A stretch of DNA of 64,000 nt from NCBI GenBank assembly GCA_044356215.1, contig JBIKWQ010000006.1, forward strand, positions 1 through 64,000, written 5' to 3'. Both the position numbers and the translations under genes were made by a program. Origin of the DNA: Bdellovibrionota bacterium (GTDB taxonomy: Bacteria > Bdellovibrionota_C > UBA2361 > OMII01). Positions 9,560 through 20,100 of the stretch are shown one piece after another; positions within the stretch are counted from its first letter, which is position 1; each line of letters starts with the position of its first letter. The notes under the pieces were generated by a model. It saw only the letters and a list, made by a program, of their open reading frames with translations. It was not told where the DNA came from and searched no databases.

Positions 9560-11542
9560 ATGGGAGACCAAGATAGGCGCGAGATCAACGGCCATGTTTT
9601 CCTACCAAAGCATTTCTACCGGCAGCTAGCTGATGGAGTAGCCAATCCAGACGGCCGCTTTCGAGTCAAAGTTTATCTTCATCAGATGGGGCTTATCGAG
9701 CTGCCATCTGAGCCCGTCATGCCCACCTTTGATCAGATCTGGCTTTCCGGCCTCTACTCTGAATCTCTGAGGCTACACGATTTTATTGATCAGATTAAAG
9801 CGGGCCTAGTCCCTCCGGCTATCACTGGTTTAAATTACGCGGAGCTCACAGCCCGATTCATTTACACCTCACCAGAATCTCTTATTCGCTATCCGACAAC
9901 TTTTGTGGCGGCGCTTGGGTGCGCGGATCTTCTTACAGAAGCGGCTCTGAAATCAGACCGATTTCTATGTAATGGTTGTGGCGGGGAGGTGAGAAGATAC
10001 AAGACCGCGAGTGAGGCTATTAACGAGATAGCATCCACTATAAATGGATCCTCTGTTTCGATATATCTCGAGTCAACCAGTGAAAGATTAAGCGCCTGGG
10101 CTCTAAATAAGGGGATGAAATTCACCGTCTCAACATCCGGGATTTATTCAGTCCTATTTGATTCAGAGGTACGCTCTCAAGAACGGCTGCTAAGTTTAAG
10201 CTCCCTGATCAAATCAACGTGGAAACTTCCAGGCATATCTCTTGTATGCAGACAAGACGAGCGGAATATCGCTGTCGTCTCTAAAGACGGATACTGCTGT
10301 AAGTGTAGTTCTCACTTTCATCCTATAAACAAAGCTCTTCTGAATAAATTACTTGTTAGTGGAGAGCGTCCTAAAGAATTCACCACACCTATCGAAGCGA
10401 TCCAAATAACGCCCGCGCTCACAATTCGAGATCTGCTCGACAAACCTATATCAAATGCAGATCTTTCGTTTAATAAATACCTATCCAGCGTAGCCTCGCT
10501 TATTAGAGACTTAGGACTCTCTCATCTCTCTCTCGGAACACGCGCCGAAGAGCTGGGGTTTCAAGATCTCGCCAAGCTATCTATAGCCGCTAGCTTAATT
10601 AAAGGCGGTGAAGCCAATGAGCCTACTATAATCTCACTACCAAGTGGTATTTTTAGCGGGACTGATAGTGACATACAGCTCCAGATACTGCGCCGAAATA
10701 GCTCAAACCGGGCGATCTATCTCAATGATAATATCTTCGCAGATGAGGCTCATAAGGATAATTACTCAAACGCTACTGAGCTCGATCCAGAAATAGCCAC
10801 GCGACCAGGAGAGATTACCTTCCTGCCTAACTCACGTTTCTCATTCAAGGATACACTGGATTGCATTCAGGAATTCATTACAACCAGATCCATTAACCAA
10901 TCTATTCATACTGTTCCTCTTTTCAAGAGTAACAGAGTTAGCTCAGCTGTAGTTGGCGGTGAACTTAAGCTCTTTGAGCCCCTTACCAAACTCTATGCCG
11001 CTTCTTTAGATGCGCTAGTTCACGGACTAACCAACAAAGACTTCGCCATTCTGGGAACTAGATCTCCGCGCTATGTGTGTAGTCGATGTCGTGGCTTAGG
11101 AGTTACGCTTACAGAAAATCCCGGTCTTACTCGCCCGATAGCTCAACGCTGCGATGTATGCGCGGGAGCACGATGTGACGCGACCATCGGTTCGTGCTTG
11201 TTTCGGGGGATCTCTTTCTCAACTATCTTGAATCGATCCATGTCGGAATCTATCGATGTCCTCTCGTCACTACCGAAAGCTAAATCGATCTTAGAGATAG
11301 TCTGGCAGCTCGATCTATTGGAGCTGCCTCTGGGCATGCCTACGGCTCTGCTGGAGTTATCTGAGGCACGTAGACTGGCTCTAGCGGCGGCGTTGATAGA
11401 AGCTCGTCCCGCTAGGCCATCTCTGCTTGTGTTTGAAGGACTAAAGGTTGGTTTATCACCGTCCCACCAAGCCGCGATAATCAAGCTCAGGGACGCTGCT
11501 TTAGCTGAGCGGAGTTTGGCTTGGATTGAGATTACACAATAA
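9560..11542 (+). CDS. Highly degenerate UvrA-like protein with ATPase motifs lost
   Basis: UvrA-collinear segments: FDQIWLSG..SESL, CNGCG, CSRCRGLG...CDVCAGAR zinc finger, LGMPTALLELSEARRLALA, LLVFEGLKVGL. Confidence 0.65.
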   Translation: MGDQDRREINGHVFLPKHFYRQLADGVANPDGRFRVKVYLHQMGLIELPSEPVMPTFDQIWLSGLYSESLRLHDFIDQIKAGLVPPAITGLNYAELTARFIYTSPESLIRYPTTFVAALGCADLLTEAALKSDRFLCNGCGGEVRRYKTASEAINEIASTINGSSVSIYLESTSERLSAWALNKGMKFTVSTSGIYSVLFDSEVRSQERLLSLSSLIKSTWKLPGISLVCRQDERNIAVVSKDGYCCKCSSHFHPINKALLNKLLVSGERPKEFTTPIEAIQITPALTIRDLLDKPISNADLSFNKYLSSVASLIRDLGLSHLSLGTRAEELGFQDLAKLSIAASLIKGGEANEPTIISLPSGIFSGTDSDIQLQILRRNSSNRAIYLNDNIFADEAHKDNYSNATELDPEIATRPGEITFLPNSRFSFKDTLDCIQEFITTRSINQSIHTVPLFKSNRVSSAVVGGELKLFEPLTKLYAASLDALVHGLTNKDFAILGTRSPRYVCSRCRGLGVTLTENPGLTRPIAQRCDVCAGARCDATIGSCLFRGISFSTILNRSMSESIDVLSSLPKAKSILEIVWQLDLLELPLGMPTALLELSEARRLALAAALIEARPARPSLLVFEGLKVGLSPSHQAAIIKLRDAALAERSLAWIEITQ

Positions 11543-11679
11543 ATACCTTGTGTAATCAGATATTTATCACTCAATTTAGGTCTCTAAATTCTTACACCGA
11601 ATCCTCTAACAACCGTGATTTGATTAAGAATTTTAGGGGGTTTAGAATATATGGGAGTCACTGAAGTAGTTACTACCAA

Positions 11680-12588
11680 ATGAAAAAATTAATCACACGT
11701 AAGCACCTTGGTCTAATCCGAATTAGCTCTTATTCCATGCTGGCCATGGCGCTCAACGTCATCTCCATTCAAGCCTCTCTAGCTGATACAGAACTAACTG
11801 TCGACACATCAGTAATTGATGCTCGAGAACAGGAGCTCCGACGCAAAGAGCAGGAGCTACTCCAGGGATTAGATCTCAACGCGGCGAGCGTCGCTCCAGT
11901 GGCCCAAGAAAATCCGCCTATTCAACCGGCTAAAGAGATTATAGAGGAGGGAAAAAAGGTTACGGTACTTGAGATTCAAGCTCCCGCGCCTAAGGAAGCC
12001 CCGCAGCCGCAAGCGCCGGCTGAGTACGCTCCCGGGAATGTAGCTAATGTAGCTGTTGATACTGTCGCTAAGCCGGCACCACTACGAGAGCTTGAGAGCC
12101 ATCCCGCTATAGCTCCTAAGCCCAAGGTGACCGCAGCCCCTTACATAGCGAACAACAGGATTAAAACTCATTCAAACGATAGGTATCCCGATGGAACCAC
12201 CGCCAAGCGAGTTGGATCTTTTTATAAGCTTGAGCACGCGAGAAATGGCGATGCGAGCAGCGACTCTAGTAAATCTCACACAGTATCGATAGATCAGCTC
12301 GCTCGTGAAGCGCGCGCGCGCCCGGCTCTTCTTACATCTGATATGTCAGCTACGATCAGCAACAGCTCAACCGTCCTTAAGACTGGACCAAAGAAAACGG
12401 ACTCCTCGCTATCGAAAGTTCCACGGGACTCTGAGGTTAAGATCGATTATCGATCGGGAGCTTGGTACCGCGTTAAAACCGACGCTGGCGCGCGTGGCTG
12501 GGTTTCAGGTGGCGCTCTCTCTTTCGATGGGGATGTACCCCCTGAATCAACTGTGAAAGTGAGCGGAATCACGGACAATCGGCGGTAG
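11680..12588 (+). CDS. Secreted protein with C-terminal bacterial SH3 domain
   Basis: Signal peptide, Pro/Ala-rich linker, LKTGP...GAWYRVKTDAGARGWVSG. Confidence 0.8.
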   Translation: MKKLITRKHLGLIRISSYSMLAMALNVISIQASLADTELTVDTSVIDAREQELRRKEQELLQGLDLNAASVAPVAQENPPIQPAKEIIEEGKKVTVLEIQAPAPKEAPQPQAPAEYAPGNVANVAVDTVAKPAPLRELESHPAIAPKPKVTAAPYIANNRIKTHSNDRYPDGTTAKRVGSFYKLEHARNGDASSDSSKSHTVSIDQLAREARARPALLTSDMSATISNSSTVLKTGPKKTDSSLSKVPRDSEVKIDYRSGAWYRVKTDAGARGWVSGGALSFDGDVPPESTVKVSGITDNRR

Positions 12589-12671
12589 GGGTTGCTGGCT
12601 GTAAAGCCTTGGCCACGTGCTGGATTTAGCCGTGCCAAGCCTATCTAGTGATTGACCTGCACGGCTGCCAC

Positions 12672-13325
12672 CTACACCGACACAATAATCTCATTCTTTA
12701 CTTGGGTTACCCCCGGTGCCATCCATGCCGCTGTCTCGGCTTCTTTTCTCTCAGCCCATGAGCGGACCTGCCCCTTTAGAGTAATCGTGCTATCGGCTGA
12801 CTCTACCTCGATATTACGAGACTCTAGCTCAGCGTATCGATGTAGAGCCGCTTTAATCTCACTCTTAACGTCTTTGGTCTTGGCGTGCGGAGCTACGGCG
12901 ATTCGGTTGGTAACCCCTTTAACACCGGTTAATTTCTCGACCGCTTTCTCGCACGACTCACGTTGATAATTCCAATCTACACTTCCCTCAAGTGTAATCC
13001 AGCCCTTAGTCACCGAGAGAGTGACGTTCTCCTCAGGGACCGAAGTGTCCCATTTGAGGGCGTTTAACGCGGCTTGCGCTATATCTGAATCGTTTTTCTC
13101 TATAGTATTAGGAAGCCTCACCTCAATATCATTCGCTACCGCTCTGACACCGAGCACTCGCTTCACCACTCTCTCTGCGTTCTGCTTCTGGAAATAACTG
13201 GGCACCGAACCATTTAGCGTAACTACACCATTAGTAGCTGAGACGCCGACTTTAGAGGCGTCTAGACTAGGATCCCAACGTAGATCATCCATGACATCCT
13301 GCTGCAGTTGTTTATCGCTCTTCAT
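12672..13325 (-). CDS. BON domain protein (three BON domains, OsmY-like)
   Basis: Three repeats of L.WD..V....G.VTL.G.V.....AE....V.GV..V.N.I. Confidence 0.92.
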   Translation of the reverse strand: MKSDKQLQQDVMDDLRWDPSLDASKVGVSATNGVVTLNGSVPSYFQKQNAERVVKRVLGVRAVANDIEVRLPNTIEKNDSDIAQAALNALKWDTSVPEENVTLSVTKGWITLEGSVDWNYQRESCEKAVEKLTGVKGVTNRIAVAPHAKTKDVKSEIKAALHRYAELESRNIEVESADSTITLKGQVRSWAERKEAETAAWMAPGVTQVKNEIIVSV

Positions 13326-13467
13326 AACTTTTCTTCCCTTTAAAAGTTTATGCCCAATTTTTGGACCTTTTGGGAATCTAGAGCGTGAATTAATTAAATA
13401 CGATGAGGGAGATCATGAAATAGCGGCTAATCAGCCGTGTTTTGATCGATTTTGGAGGAGGTTGTAA

Positions 13468-13545
13468 TGGAAGCGGGGGTGGGATTTGAACCCACGACCT
13501 CCAGGTTATGAGCCTGACGAGCTAACCGGGCTGCTCTACCCCGCA
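13468..13545 (-). tRNA. tRNA-Met(CAT), initiator type
   Basis: Minus strand TGCGGGGTAGAGCAGCCCGGTTAGCTCGTCAGGCTCATAACCTGGAGGTCGTGGGTTCAAATCCCACCCCCGCTTCCA: cloverleaf, CAT anticodon, unpaired 1:72, encoded CCA. Confidence 0.95.
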
Positions 13546-13587
13546 ATAAGAGAAACTGACTAGCGTGAAACCTAAACAGCACGTGCA

Positions 13588-13616
13588 AGTTTATACACAA
13601 ATCCTCATAAGAGCAA
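13588..13616 (-). promoter_or_regulatory. Putative sigma70 promoter of the tRNA
   Basis: TTGCTC-N17-TAAACT on the minus strand ~40 bp upstream of the tRNA. Confidence 0.4.
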
Positions 13617-13737
13617 GCAAACCAGGGATATTTGTTGCCGTAAGCTCAATAAACGCCTGTTTTCTAGGTGGCAACTACTCAAATCCCCCCTCAATTATCC
13701 GCCTAACGGTAATGGGGAAATTTAGGTGCCTTGAACC

Positions 13738-13920
13738 ATGAGAGGAGTAGCTGGAACCATTCTCTTAATCGACTACTCGCCAGCGTCACCAGCCGCCGTG
13801 AAGATAACACATCAGAATCTCTATACATCGTTCCGGGCGATCTTTGATGAAGTGTGGGAGCAGGCGAAGAAAAGCCGCGCTACTATTTCCCGAGCGCGAA
13901 ACTCTCACCAGAAAGCTTAA
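13738..13920 (+). pseudogene. Possible C-terminal fragment of a TrmB/PLD-like regulator
   Basis: ILLID...AVKITHQNLYTSFRAIFDEVWEQAK resembles the end of TrmB-type effector domains; no upstream in-frame body. Confidence 0.35.
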
Positions 13921-15010
13921 CTGAAAGAGGCTCGATAACAACCTCTCTCTCAGGGGCCTCTTCAACTAGCCCCGCTAGCGTGGCTTTTAATCCATGAGCG
14001 GAGCAAACCTGAACAACTTTATTCGCGCTAAGGTCATCTGAAACAAACACGGCCATCCCAGCTCCGCAATTAAATATCGTAAAAAGCTTCTCGTAAGAAA
14101 CCCCTAGCTTATCTTTGGCGAACTCAAAAACTGGCGATATTTCCGGCATATTCGTTATGCGATACCTTAATGGCTTCTTTGATCGCATAATCTTCAGCCA
14201 GCCGTGACCTGTTATATTCTCAACATTGGTCAAGGTAACACCCTCACGAAGTAGCTCTTGAATTATCGGGGTGTATAAGCAAGACGGCGCGTTAATCGCT
14301 CTCCAGAATTCCTGCCCACCATTTATCTTAGTTCTATATCCATCGGTGAGACGACCCGCGAGATCCCTAAGCGTCGTGAAACCATTCTCGTGAGGTCCTG
14401 AGCTCTCAATTAAGACTATACGGTCTCCCGCACCCAAGGATTTCTTCTCGCCGATCTTCGCCTGCCCAGGTGGCACGAGCGCAAATACGGCTCCCGCTAT
14501 ATCCAACTTCCCAGGAACGATCTTGGTTTTGAGTTGTGGGGTCTCACCAGACAGGTAAACACATCCGACTCGCTTACATCCAGCAACGAATCCGTCCAAG
14601 AATCCACTCATAAATTCTTTAGTAAAAACGGACTCAGGGGTGCTGGATGGGAGGTATAAACCAATAACAATACTTTGTAGACCACTTGAGGCTGCATCGT
14701 TAGTCATCACCGAAACCGTTTTGATTCCGATGTTAAACCAGAACTCCTTTAGCTCGGCGCTCGTCAGATCATCTGGGCGCGCGTCATCGGCGGTTCCCAG
14801 TCCCTCTGGAACGAGAGATATCGAGAGACCAGCGCTCAGATTAGCTGGCAACTGAAGGGAGAATATGTTGGCGCTCGCGCCGAACCCATCATCAGGAATA
14901 TAGCCAAACTTTTCGGCGAATCGCGTAGTGCTTTTGGCCGCCTCAATAAAGCGGTTTTTAGCCCAATCAAGGGTGTCGTAATCAACGTGATCAACTTGTG
15001 GGTTATTCAT
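13883..15010 (-). CDS. purM: AIR synthase (PurM-like), divergent type
   Basis: EGLGT, NDAA, SGET, DIAG, SSGPHENG, NITGHG, FNCGAGM. Confidence 0.8.
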   Translation of the reverse strand: MNNPQVDHVDYDTLDWAKNRFIEAAKSTTRFAEKFGYIPDDGFGASANIFSLQLPANLSAGLSISLVPEGLGTADDARPDDLTSAELKEFWFNIGIKTVSVMTNDAASSGLQSIVIGLYLPSSTPESVFTKEFMSGFLDGFVAGCKRVGCVYLSGETPQLKTKIVPGKLDIAGAVFALVPPGQAKIGEKKSLGAGDRIVLIESSGPHENGFTTLRDLAGRLTDGYRTKINGGQEFWRAINAPSCLYTPIIQELLREGVTLTNVENITGHGWLKIMRSKKPLRYRITNMPEISPVFEFAKDKLGVSYEKLFTIFNCGAGMAVFVSDDLSANKVVQVCSAHGLKATLAGLVEEAPEREVVIEPLSVKLSGESFALGK

Positions 15011-15031
15011 GATAGAGCATACTAGCCCTTG

Positions 15032-15772
15032 TTAACGGCTAGGTAAATTAGAGCCCCGCAAGATTTTCACGCGCGCCTGCTCGTAATCCTTTCTCGTTAA
15101 CACCCTTACCTGCCCAACCTGCAAGCGCCCCAGTTTAAAGGGTCCATAAACTATGCGCTTCAGTTTCATCACTGGATGCCCAAGCTTATCAAAGATCCTG
15201 CGGACAACTCGATTGCGCCCCTCGTTAATCTTCACCTCAATCCAAGTTGAGCTATCGTCATTCCTGAGAATAGTCGCGTTAGCTTTAACGAGTCCATCTG
15301 AGAGACGTATTCCGCGGTCCAATTTACCGAGCAGTTCAGCCGAAACAGCGCCCTCAACCCGCGCGTGATAAACCCGCTCGAATCCATACCGAGGATGCAT
15401 TAAACGCTCGGCTATCTCACCGTCATTTGTGAGAACCATAAGCCCCGTCGAATCCCAATCAAGACGCCCGACTGGAAAATATGAGCTGTAGTGTTTTGTT
15501 AAGTAGTCGGCGACACTCCGACGCCCTTCCGGATCGCTCAAGGTTGACACAACCCCACGGGGCTTGTTTAGCAACATAATCCCCTTTGGAGCCGCGTGCA
15601 CAGGACGACGATTAACTTCGACCTTGTCGATATCAGGATTAATTTTTCGACCTAATTCGGTTACTACCTTGCCGTTAATCCTAACTCGGCCCTCGATAAT
15701 AAACTGCTCCATCTTGCGGCGGGATCCAACACCACACTCAGCCAAGAATTTCTGTAAGCGAACCTCTGACAC
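15032..15772 (-). CDS. rluB: rRNA pseudouridine synthase (RluB/RsuA family)
   Basis: S4 domain RLQKFLA..GVGSRR, LNKPRG, VGRLD, EGRNR; downstream of scpAB; GTG start at 15772. Confidence 0.88.
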   Translation of the reverse strand: MSEVRLQKFLAECGVGSRRKMEQFIIEGRVRINGKVVTELGRKINPDIDKVEVNRRPVHAAPKGIMLLNKPRGVVSTLSDPEGRRSVADYLTKHYSSYFPVGRLDWDSTGLMVLTNDGEIAERLMHPRYGFERVYHARVEGAVSAELLGKLDRGIRLSDGLVKANATILRNDDSSTWIEVKINEGRNRVVRRIFDKLGHPVMKLKRIVYGPFKLGRLQVGQVRVLTRKDYEQARVKILRGSNLPSR

Positions 15773-15837
15773 GTTAAACCTCTCTAACAAACAAATCTAT
15801 CAGGTCCTTTACGCGCCGAGGGCTAAGGCGCGCCGAG

Positions 15838-16575
15838 CTACTGCACCTGCGCGGCAGCCTCTATTACTTCAGGCTGGCTATCAACCGCGACAACTTCAGC
15901 GACGTTGTCCTCCGCGGCGCGCTCTTCCGAATTCTCCTCAGACGCGACGTCACCTGACTCACCAGGCTCCTTCACGAGCGCCTTTATATCACGTAAAGCC
16001 GGCAACGACGATAGAGATGGTAACCCAAATACCTGGAGGAAGTCCTCTGTGGTGCCGTAAAGCGCTGGCTGACCTACCGAGGCCTGATAGCCGATTATCT
16101 TGACGAGCTTACGCTCGATAAGTGTCTTTAAAGTTGGCGCTACGTCTACCCCACGGATCTTGTCGATCTCACTCTTTACAACCGGCTGCTGGTACGCAAC
16201 CACGGCCAACGTTTCTAGCGCGGCCTGTGATAATTTACGTGGCTTAACGGCCATCAACTCCCGAACGTGATCAGCAAAAAGCGCTTTTGTTCTGAGCTGC
16301 AGCTTCTCAGATACAACCACCAATTCTATTCCGCGAGAATCATCAACTAGCGCCCCTTGCAGCTGATCCGCACGCGCCAGAACCTCGCTCTTAGTTAATC
16401 CCATGATCTCCTGGATTCTGGCGATCGATAACGGGTCTCCGCTCGCTAGCAACAAAGCCTCTAGTAGCGCCACCTGCTCCTTCTCTGAGAAAACCCTCGA
16501 TGGCTGGGTTTCAACTACCTGCTCCGTATCGCTCTCAGCACCCTCTACGATCTCTGTGGCTACCTCGTTTTCCAT
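15838..16575 (-). CDS. scpB: SMC-Scp complex subunit ScpB
   Basis: LEALLLAS, LSQAALETLAVVAYQQP, IRGV, LYGTTEDFL. Confidence 0.95.
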   Translation of the reverse strand: MENEVATEIVEGAESDTEQVVETQPSRVFSEKEQVALLEALLLASGDPLSIARIQEIMGLTKSEVLARADQLQGALVDDSRGIELVVVSEKLQLRTKALFADHVRELMAVKPRKLSQAALETLAVVAYQQPVVKSEIDKIRGVDVAPTLKTLIERKLVKIIGYQASVGQPALYGTTEDFLQVFGLPSLSSLPALRDIKALVKEPGESGDVASEENSEERAAEDNVAEVVAVDSQPEVIEAAAQVQ

Positions 16576-16641
16576 CTTACTTCCCTTGGTACACGATAAA
16601 CAAAAAAGCTGACCAGGCCCCGATCAGCTTAAGACCGAAAC

Positions 16642-17448
16642 CTACGCCGCTACCACATCAAGCTCCTCATCGCTCTGCGGGACCGACTCGGTGGAGGAAT
16701 CAGCGTCAGCTAGCCTAATCATAATCTCAGCGCGCGGACCCTCTTGATCTACCGCAATCATCCGGCGCTTACACAGCTCCAGCAAAGCTACAAAAACTCC
16801 GATCGCCGCCGCGCGATCCTTTCTGCCAGAGATCAACCCAGCGAATGTGACGCGCCCGCCCTGTGAACGTAGGGTATCAACGACCATCCGCATCCTCTCG
16901 ACTACCGAAACGGAATCGATCGTAATCGAAAAAACTCGCGCCTTCTCACCCAAACGTGAAAGCACCTGCTGAAAAGCCTGAACCAGAAGCTCGGATTGGT
17001 GATCAGCAAGCGGTATCAGTGCCGGATCTATCTTGTTACCTTTTGATGGAGCCGCGAAAACCTCACTGCCGAGGGTCGGCCTCGCCGCCAAGTCGCCAGC
17101 CGCGACGCGGATCGCCTCGAGCTCTTTTAAGCGTCTCAACAACTCTTCGTGTGGATCAACTAACGAACCGCTCTCATCAACAACCAACTCCACGGGGTCG
17201 TTCAACAGAACGCTCGCCTTTACCGATAGCAGGGTGGCGGCGATTACTAAATACTCGGCCGCCAGCTCCACATCGTAGTACTGAAGCGATTTTATACACT
17301 CAAGGTACTGGCCGGTGACCTCGGCCAATGAGACTTTCTCGATCGGTAGCTCACGTTTCTTGACCAAATGCAGCAAGAGGTCGATCGGTCCATCAAAGAG
17401 GTCTAACTTGACCTCGAAAAAACGAGAGAATTGCTCCGCTGTCGACAT
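16642..17448 (-). CDS. scpA: Segregation/condensation protein ScpA
   Basis: FDGPIDLLLHLV, AEYLVIAATLL.VKA, FVALLEL. Confidence 0.95.
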   Translation of the reverse strand: MSTAEQFSRFFEVKLDLFDGPIDLLLHLVKKRELPIEKVSLAEVTGQYLECIKSLQYYDVELAAEYLVIAATLLSVKASVLLNDPVELVVDESGSLVDPHEELLRRLKELEAIRVAAGDLAARPTLGSEVFAAPSKGNKIDPALIPLADHQSELLVQAFQQVLSRLGEKARVFSITIDSVSVVERMRMVVDTLRSQGGRVTFAGLISGRKDRAAAIGVFVALLELCKRRMIAVDQEGPRAEIMIRLADADSSTESVPQSDEELDVVAA

Positions 17449-17483
17449 ATCTTAGGACCCGTCCCTATTTCTAGAACCGAGCT

Positions 17484-18356
17484 TTAAGTTACTTTAACGA
17501 AGGGTTTTTGTCTACTACCGCTAAGGCTATGCAGAAAAACAGCTGTCGCTTGCGAGACATTTAGCGAGGAGATCGAGCCAAGCATCGAAATATACACCCT
17601 AAAATCGAGCTTTTCCTCGATTAAACGCTGAATTCCCTCCCCTTCAGAACCCATCACAAGTATCCATTTTTGGGGCGGCTCAAAGGTATCAAGCGATATA
17701 GCATCAGGAGCTACCACTGCGCCAACACTCCAAACCCCGACCTCCTTAAGAGACTCAATAGCTCGATGGAGATTAGGAACCGGACAAAGCGGAATCAACT
17801 CACTAGCTCCGACACTGACCTTGGCGACTACAGGCCCCAACGGAGCGGCTCGATTCTTTGACCACAGCACCGCGTCGATATCAAAGCACTCTGCTGCCCT
17901 AAAGATAGCCCCGATGTTCTGAGGGTCTAAAACCCCGTCGATCGCGACTATTTTGATCGGCCGATCCTCTCCAGCCATAGAAATCAGCTCATCCAACGTG
18001 AGATATACTCGAGGGGTAACGCGCGCTACGACGCCCTGATGTGAATCCGATTGAACCATCTGGTCCAATTCCGCCCGGCTCTTCTCGCGGATAGGAATCC
18101 CAGAGCTCTCAAGAGCCTCGCGAATAGCGCCCTTACGCCCACCTGAAGCACCATCACGCGAGTCGGCGAGAAACACCTCTTTGATCCTTTCAGGATCGTG
18201 TCTCAAGACCTCCTCAAGGCAGTTGCGCCCCATTATTAACTCAAGCCCAGCGGACGAAAACTCAGCGCCTGTTGCTCTTCTCGATTTAAAATTTCTCGGG
18301 TTCCCACGACTATTGTCGCGATCCATACGATCTTTTCGGTGACGTCTCTGATTCAT
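17484..18356 (-). CDS. rlmB: 23S rRNA Gm2251 methyltransferase RlmB (SpoU)
   Basis: HQGVVA, DGVLDPQNIGAIFR, MGSEGEGI, SLNVSQA. Confidence 0.92.
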   Translation of the reverse strand: MNQRRHRKDRMDRDNSRGNPRNFKSRRATGAEFSSAGLELIMGRNCLEEVLRHDPERIKEVFLADSRDGASGGRKGAIREALESSGIPIREKSRAELDQMVQSDSHQGVVARVTPRVYLTLDELISMAGEDRPIKIVAIDGVLDPQNIGAIFRAAECFDIDAVLWSKNRAAPLGPVVAKVSVGASELIPLCPVPNLHRAIESLKEVGVWSVGAVVAPDAISLDTFEPPQKWILVMGSEGEGIQRLIEEKLDFRVYISMLGSISSLNVSQATAVFLHSLSGSRQKPFVKVT

Positions 18357-18524
18357 GGCGACAGTGTAGTTTTACTCTGACGGTTGGGGAAGATCCCCCT
18401 TTGCACTTTCGCGACCGGTTATCGCGGCAGAATTCCCTAACCATACAATATGCGGGCTAGCTGAATAAAAAATTAACCCTTATACTGATGAAGTACTAGT
18501 AGCGAGATAAGTAGGGACCGCGCG

Positions 18525-19820
18525 ATGCTTCCAAAGAGAATCTCTGAAGAGACGATGGACGAGGCTGAAACAACCAAGAAAAACAGCTCAACTGAGACGA
18601 CCTCTGAGCCTTATATCGTAGTAGCGTGCCCATCGTGCGAGACTAAATTCGCGGTCGAGTCGGGACTGATCGCCTCCTATGAAATACCTCGCTTTCACTG
18701 TTCGCGGTGCGATGCCGTATTCGAGAGGAAGCCTGAGACGAAAAAAGCCTTGGACCAAGGAGCTAACGCGGAATCAACCAGTCAGCCAACTAATCGTTGG
18801 ATCCTCCAAGATGACACCTCAAGCGACCCGCGCAACTCCGATCTCGTGGCGGCAACCAATTCACCCGCGACCGAGAGATCCCCTCTGAAGTCAACCGATT
18901 TCTCGCTAGGTGATATCCCTGAGCTTGATACGTTCGATGAAAGCCCCTCTCAGGAAGGTGTTGAGAATAGAGCCGGTCTGTCCATCTTAGGATTCAGGCC
19001 AACGGCTTCGCGCAGACACTCATCATCTCTAACTCGTGGCGAAGCCAGGGCGCTTGTAGCTCGTGTCAGGCAGGAATCGATTGGAAGCGACGATCCCTTC
19101 TCTTTATTTGACGATCCTGAACAAGCCGCGAAAACTAAAGAGGAAACACAACAGACAGAGGCACACACAGTATCCTCCGTGGCCGCGCCAGTGGCTCATC
19201 AACCCATCTCTGAAGAGATTCCAGCCAAGCGCTCAACTAACCGCTTTAGTGGGGTTTTAAGGCGTCTCGTGCCGAGAAATCAGGGGCTAACGCGCATGGC
19301 TCTTCCCCTGGTTTGCAGCCTAGGTCTGCTTTGCCTGATAGCTCTCGTGAGTCGGGTATTTCCAAACGCTATAGATTCGCTCTTCCGGTCTGCGGTGCCA
19401 TCGTTCATTTCGGGAAAGACCGCTCAACTTCCTCCTCCTGAGATCTCTGTCCAGGATCTGAATCTAGTCCTTGAAAAGACTCAATCACACGAAACTATCC
19501 CCGTTGTTAGAGGGGTAGTAGCCAACTCTGGCGATCAGATCTACGAGGATGTGACGATTGAAGCCTTAGGTTTTAACTCACGAGGCGAGCTACTTGTTCG
19601 AGCTCGCGCGCCTCTTCGCTCGGCCCTATCACGAGAAAAGATATCCGACCTCACCCTCGACACGGTTAAGAAATTTCAGAACGCGCTAAGCGCCAGCGAC
19701 TCATCTATCAAGGGTGGCGAAAAGATCGCCTTCTCGGTGGCCCTCCTCCCTCTAGATATCGACGCACGTGAGGTAACTTACTTTTCGGCTAGGGTCTTTT
19801 CTGTCGGGAGAACGCGCTAA
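18525..19820 (+). CDS. Zinc-ribbon (MJ0042-type) membrane protein with C-terminal DUF3426-like domain
   Basis: CPSCETKF...CSRCDAVF, low-complexity linker, single TM, VRGVVAN beta-domain. Confidence 0.75.
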   Translation: MLPKRISEETMDEAETTKKNSSTETTSEPYIVVACPSCETKFAVESGLIASYEIPRFHCSRCDAVFERKPETKKALDQGANAESTSQPTNRWILQDDTSSDPRNSDLVAATNSPATERSPLKSTDFSLGDIPELDTFDESPSQEGVENRAGLSILGFRPTASRRHSSSLTRGEARALVARVRQESIGSDDPFSLFDDPEQAAKTKEETQQTEAHTVSSVAAPVAHQPISEEIPAKRSTNRFSGVLRRLVPRNQGLTRMALPLVCSLGLLCLIALVSRVFPNAIDSLFRSAVPSFISGKTAQLPPPEISVQDLNLVLEKTQSHETIPVVRGVVANSGDQIYEDVTIEALGFNSRGELLVRARAPLRSALSREKISDLTLDTVKKFQNALSASDSSIKGGEKIAFSVALLPLDIDAREVTYFSARVFSVGRTR

Positions 19821-20020
19821 GCAGCGCCATCCTTGCCACCCGATTGCTCATCCTTCCCAGTTACCTTAGGAGTCACGTCGATCTCCGCGCTCTCACGATA
19901 GGCGTTTTTGAAATTGCTGATTGCCTTGCCAAGACCAGAACCTAGCTCAGGCAATTTTTTAGTACCAAACAGCAGTACAACGATTAAACCTAGGATACCC
20001 AACTGAACTGGACCGATCAT
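19817..20020 (-). CDS. tatA: Twin-arginine translocase TatA/E
   Basis: [41 protein letters not shown] at 20020 after ggggga RBS (the longer ORF reads through the repeat element). Confidence 0.92.
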   Translation of the reverse strand: MIGPVQLGILGLIVVLLFGTKKLPELGSGLGKAISNFKNAYRESAEIDVTPKVTGKDEQSGGKDGAA

Positions 20021-20100
20021 GTTTCCCCCATCGGAGCTTAAGACCACAAACGAAAGCGTATCACGGAAGCCCTGCATTTTACCAGCCGAGAGCCGGGGCT

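Noticed and set aside
12589..13467. Genomic island integrated at the tRNA-Met 3' end (BON gene)
   Set aside because: No integrase, and no duplicated tRNA 3' end (att site) seen in the window
15564..17318. Plus-strand ORFs of 70-180 aa
   Set aside because: Antisense shadows of rluB/scpB/scpA
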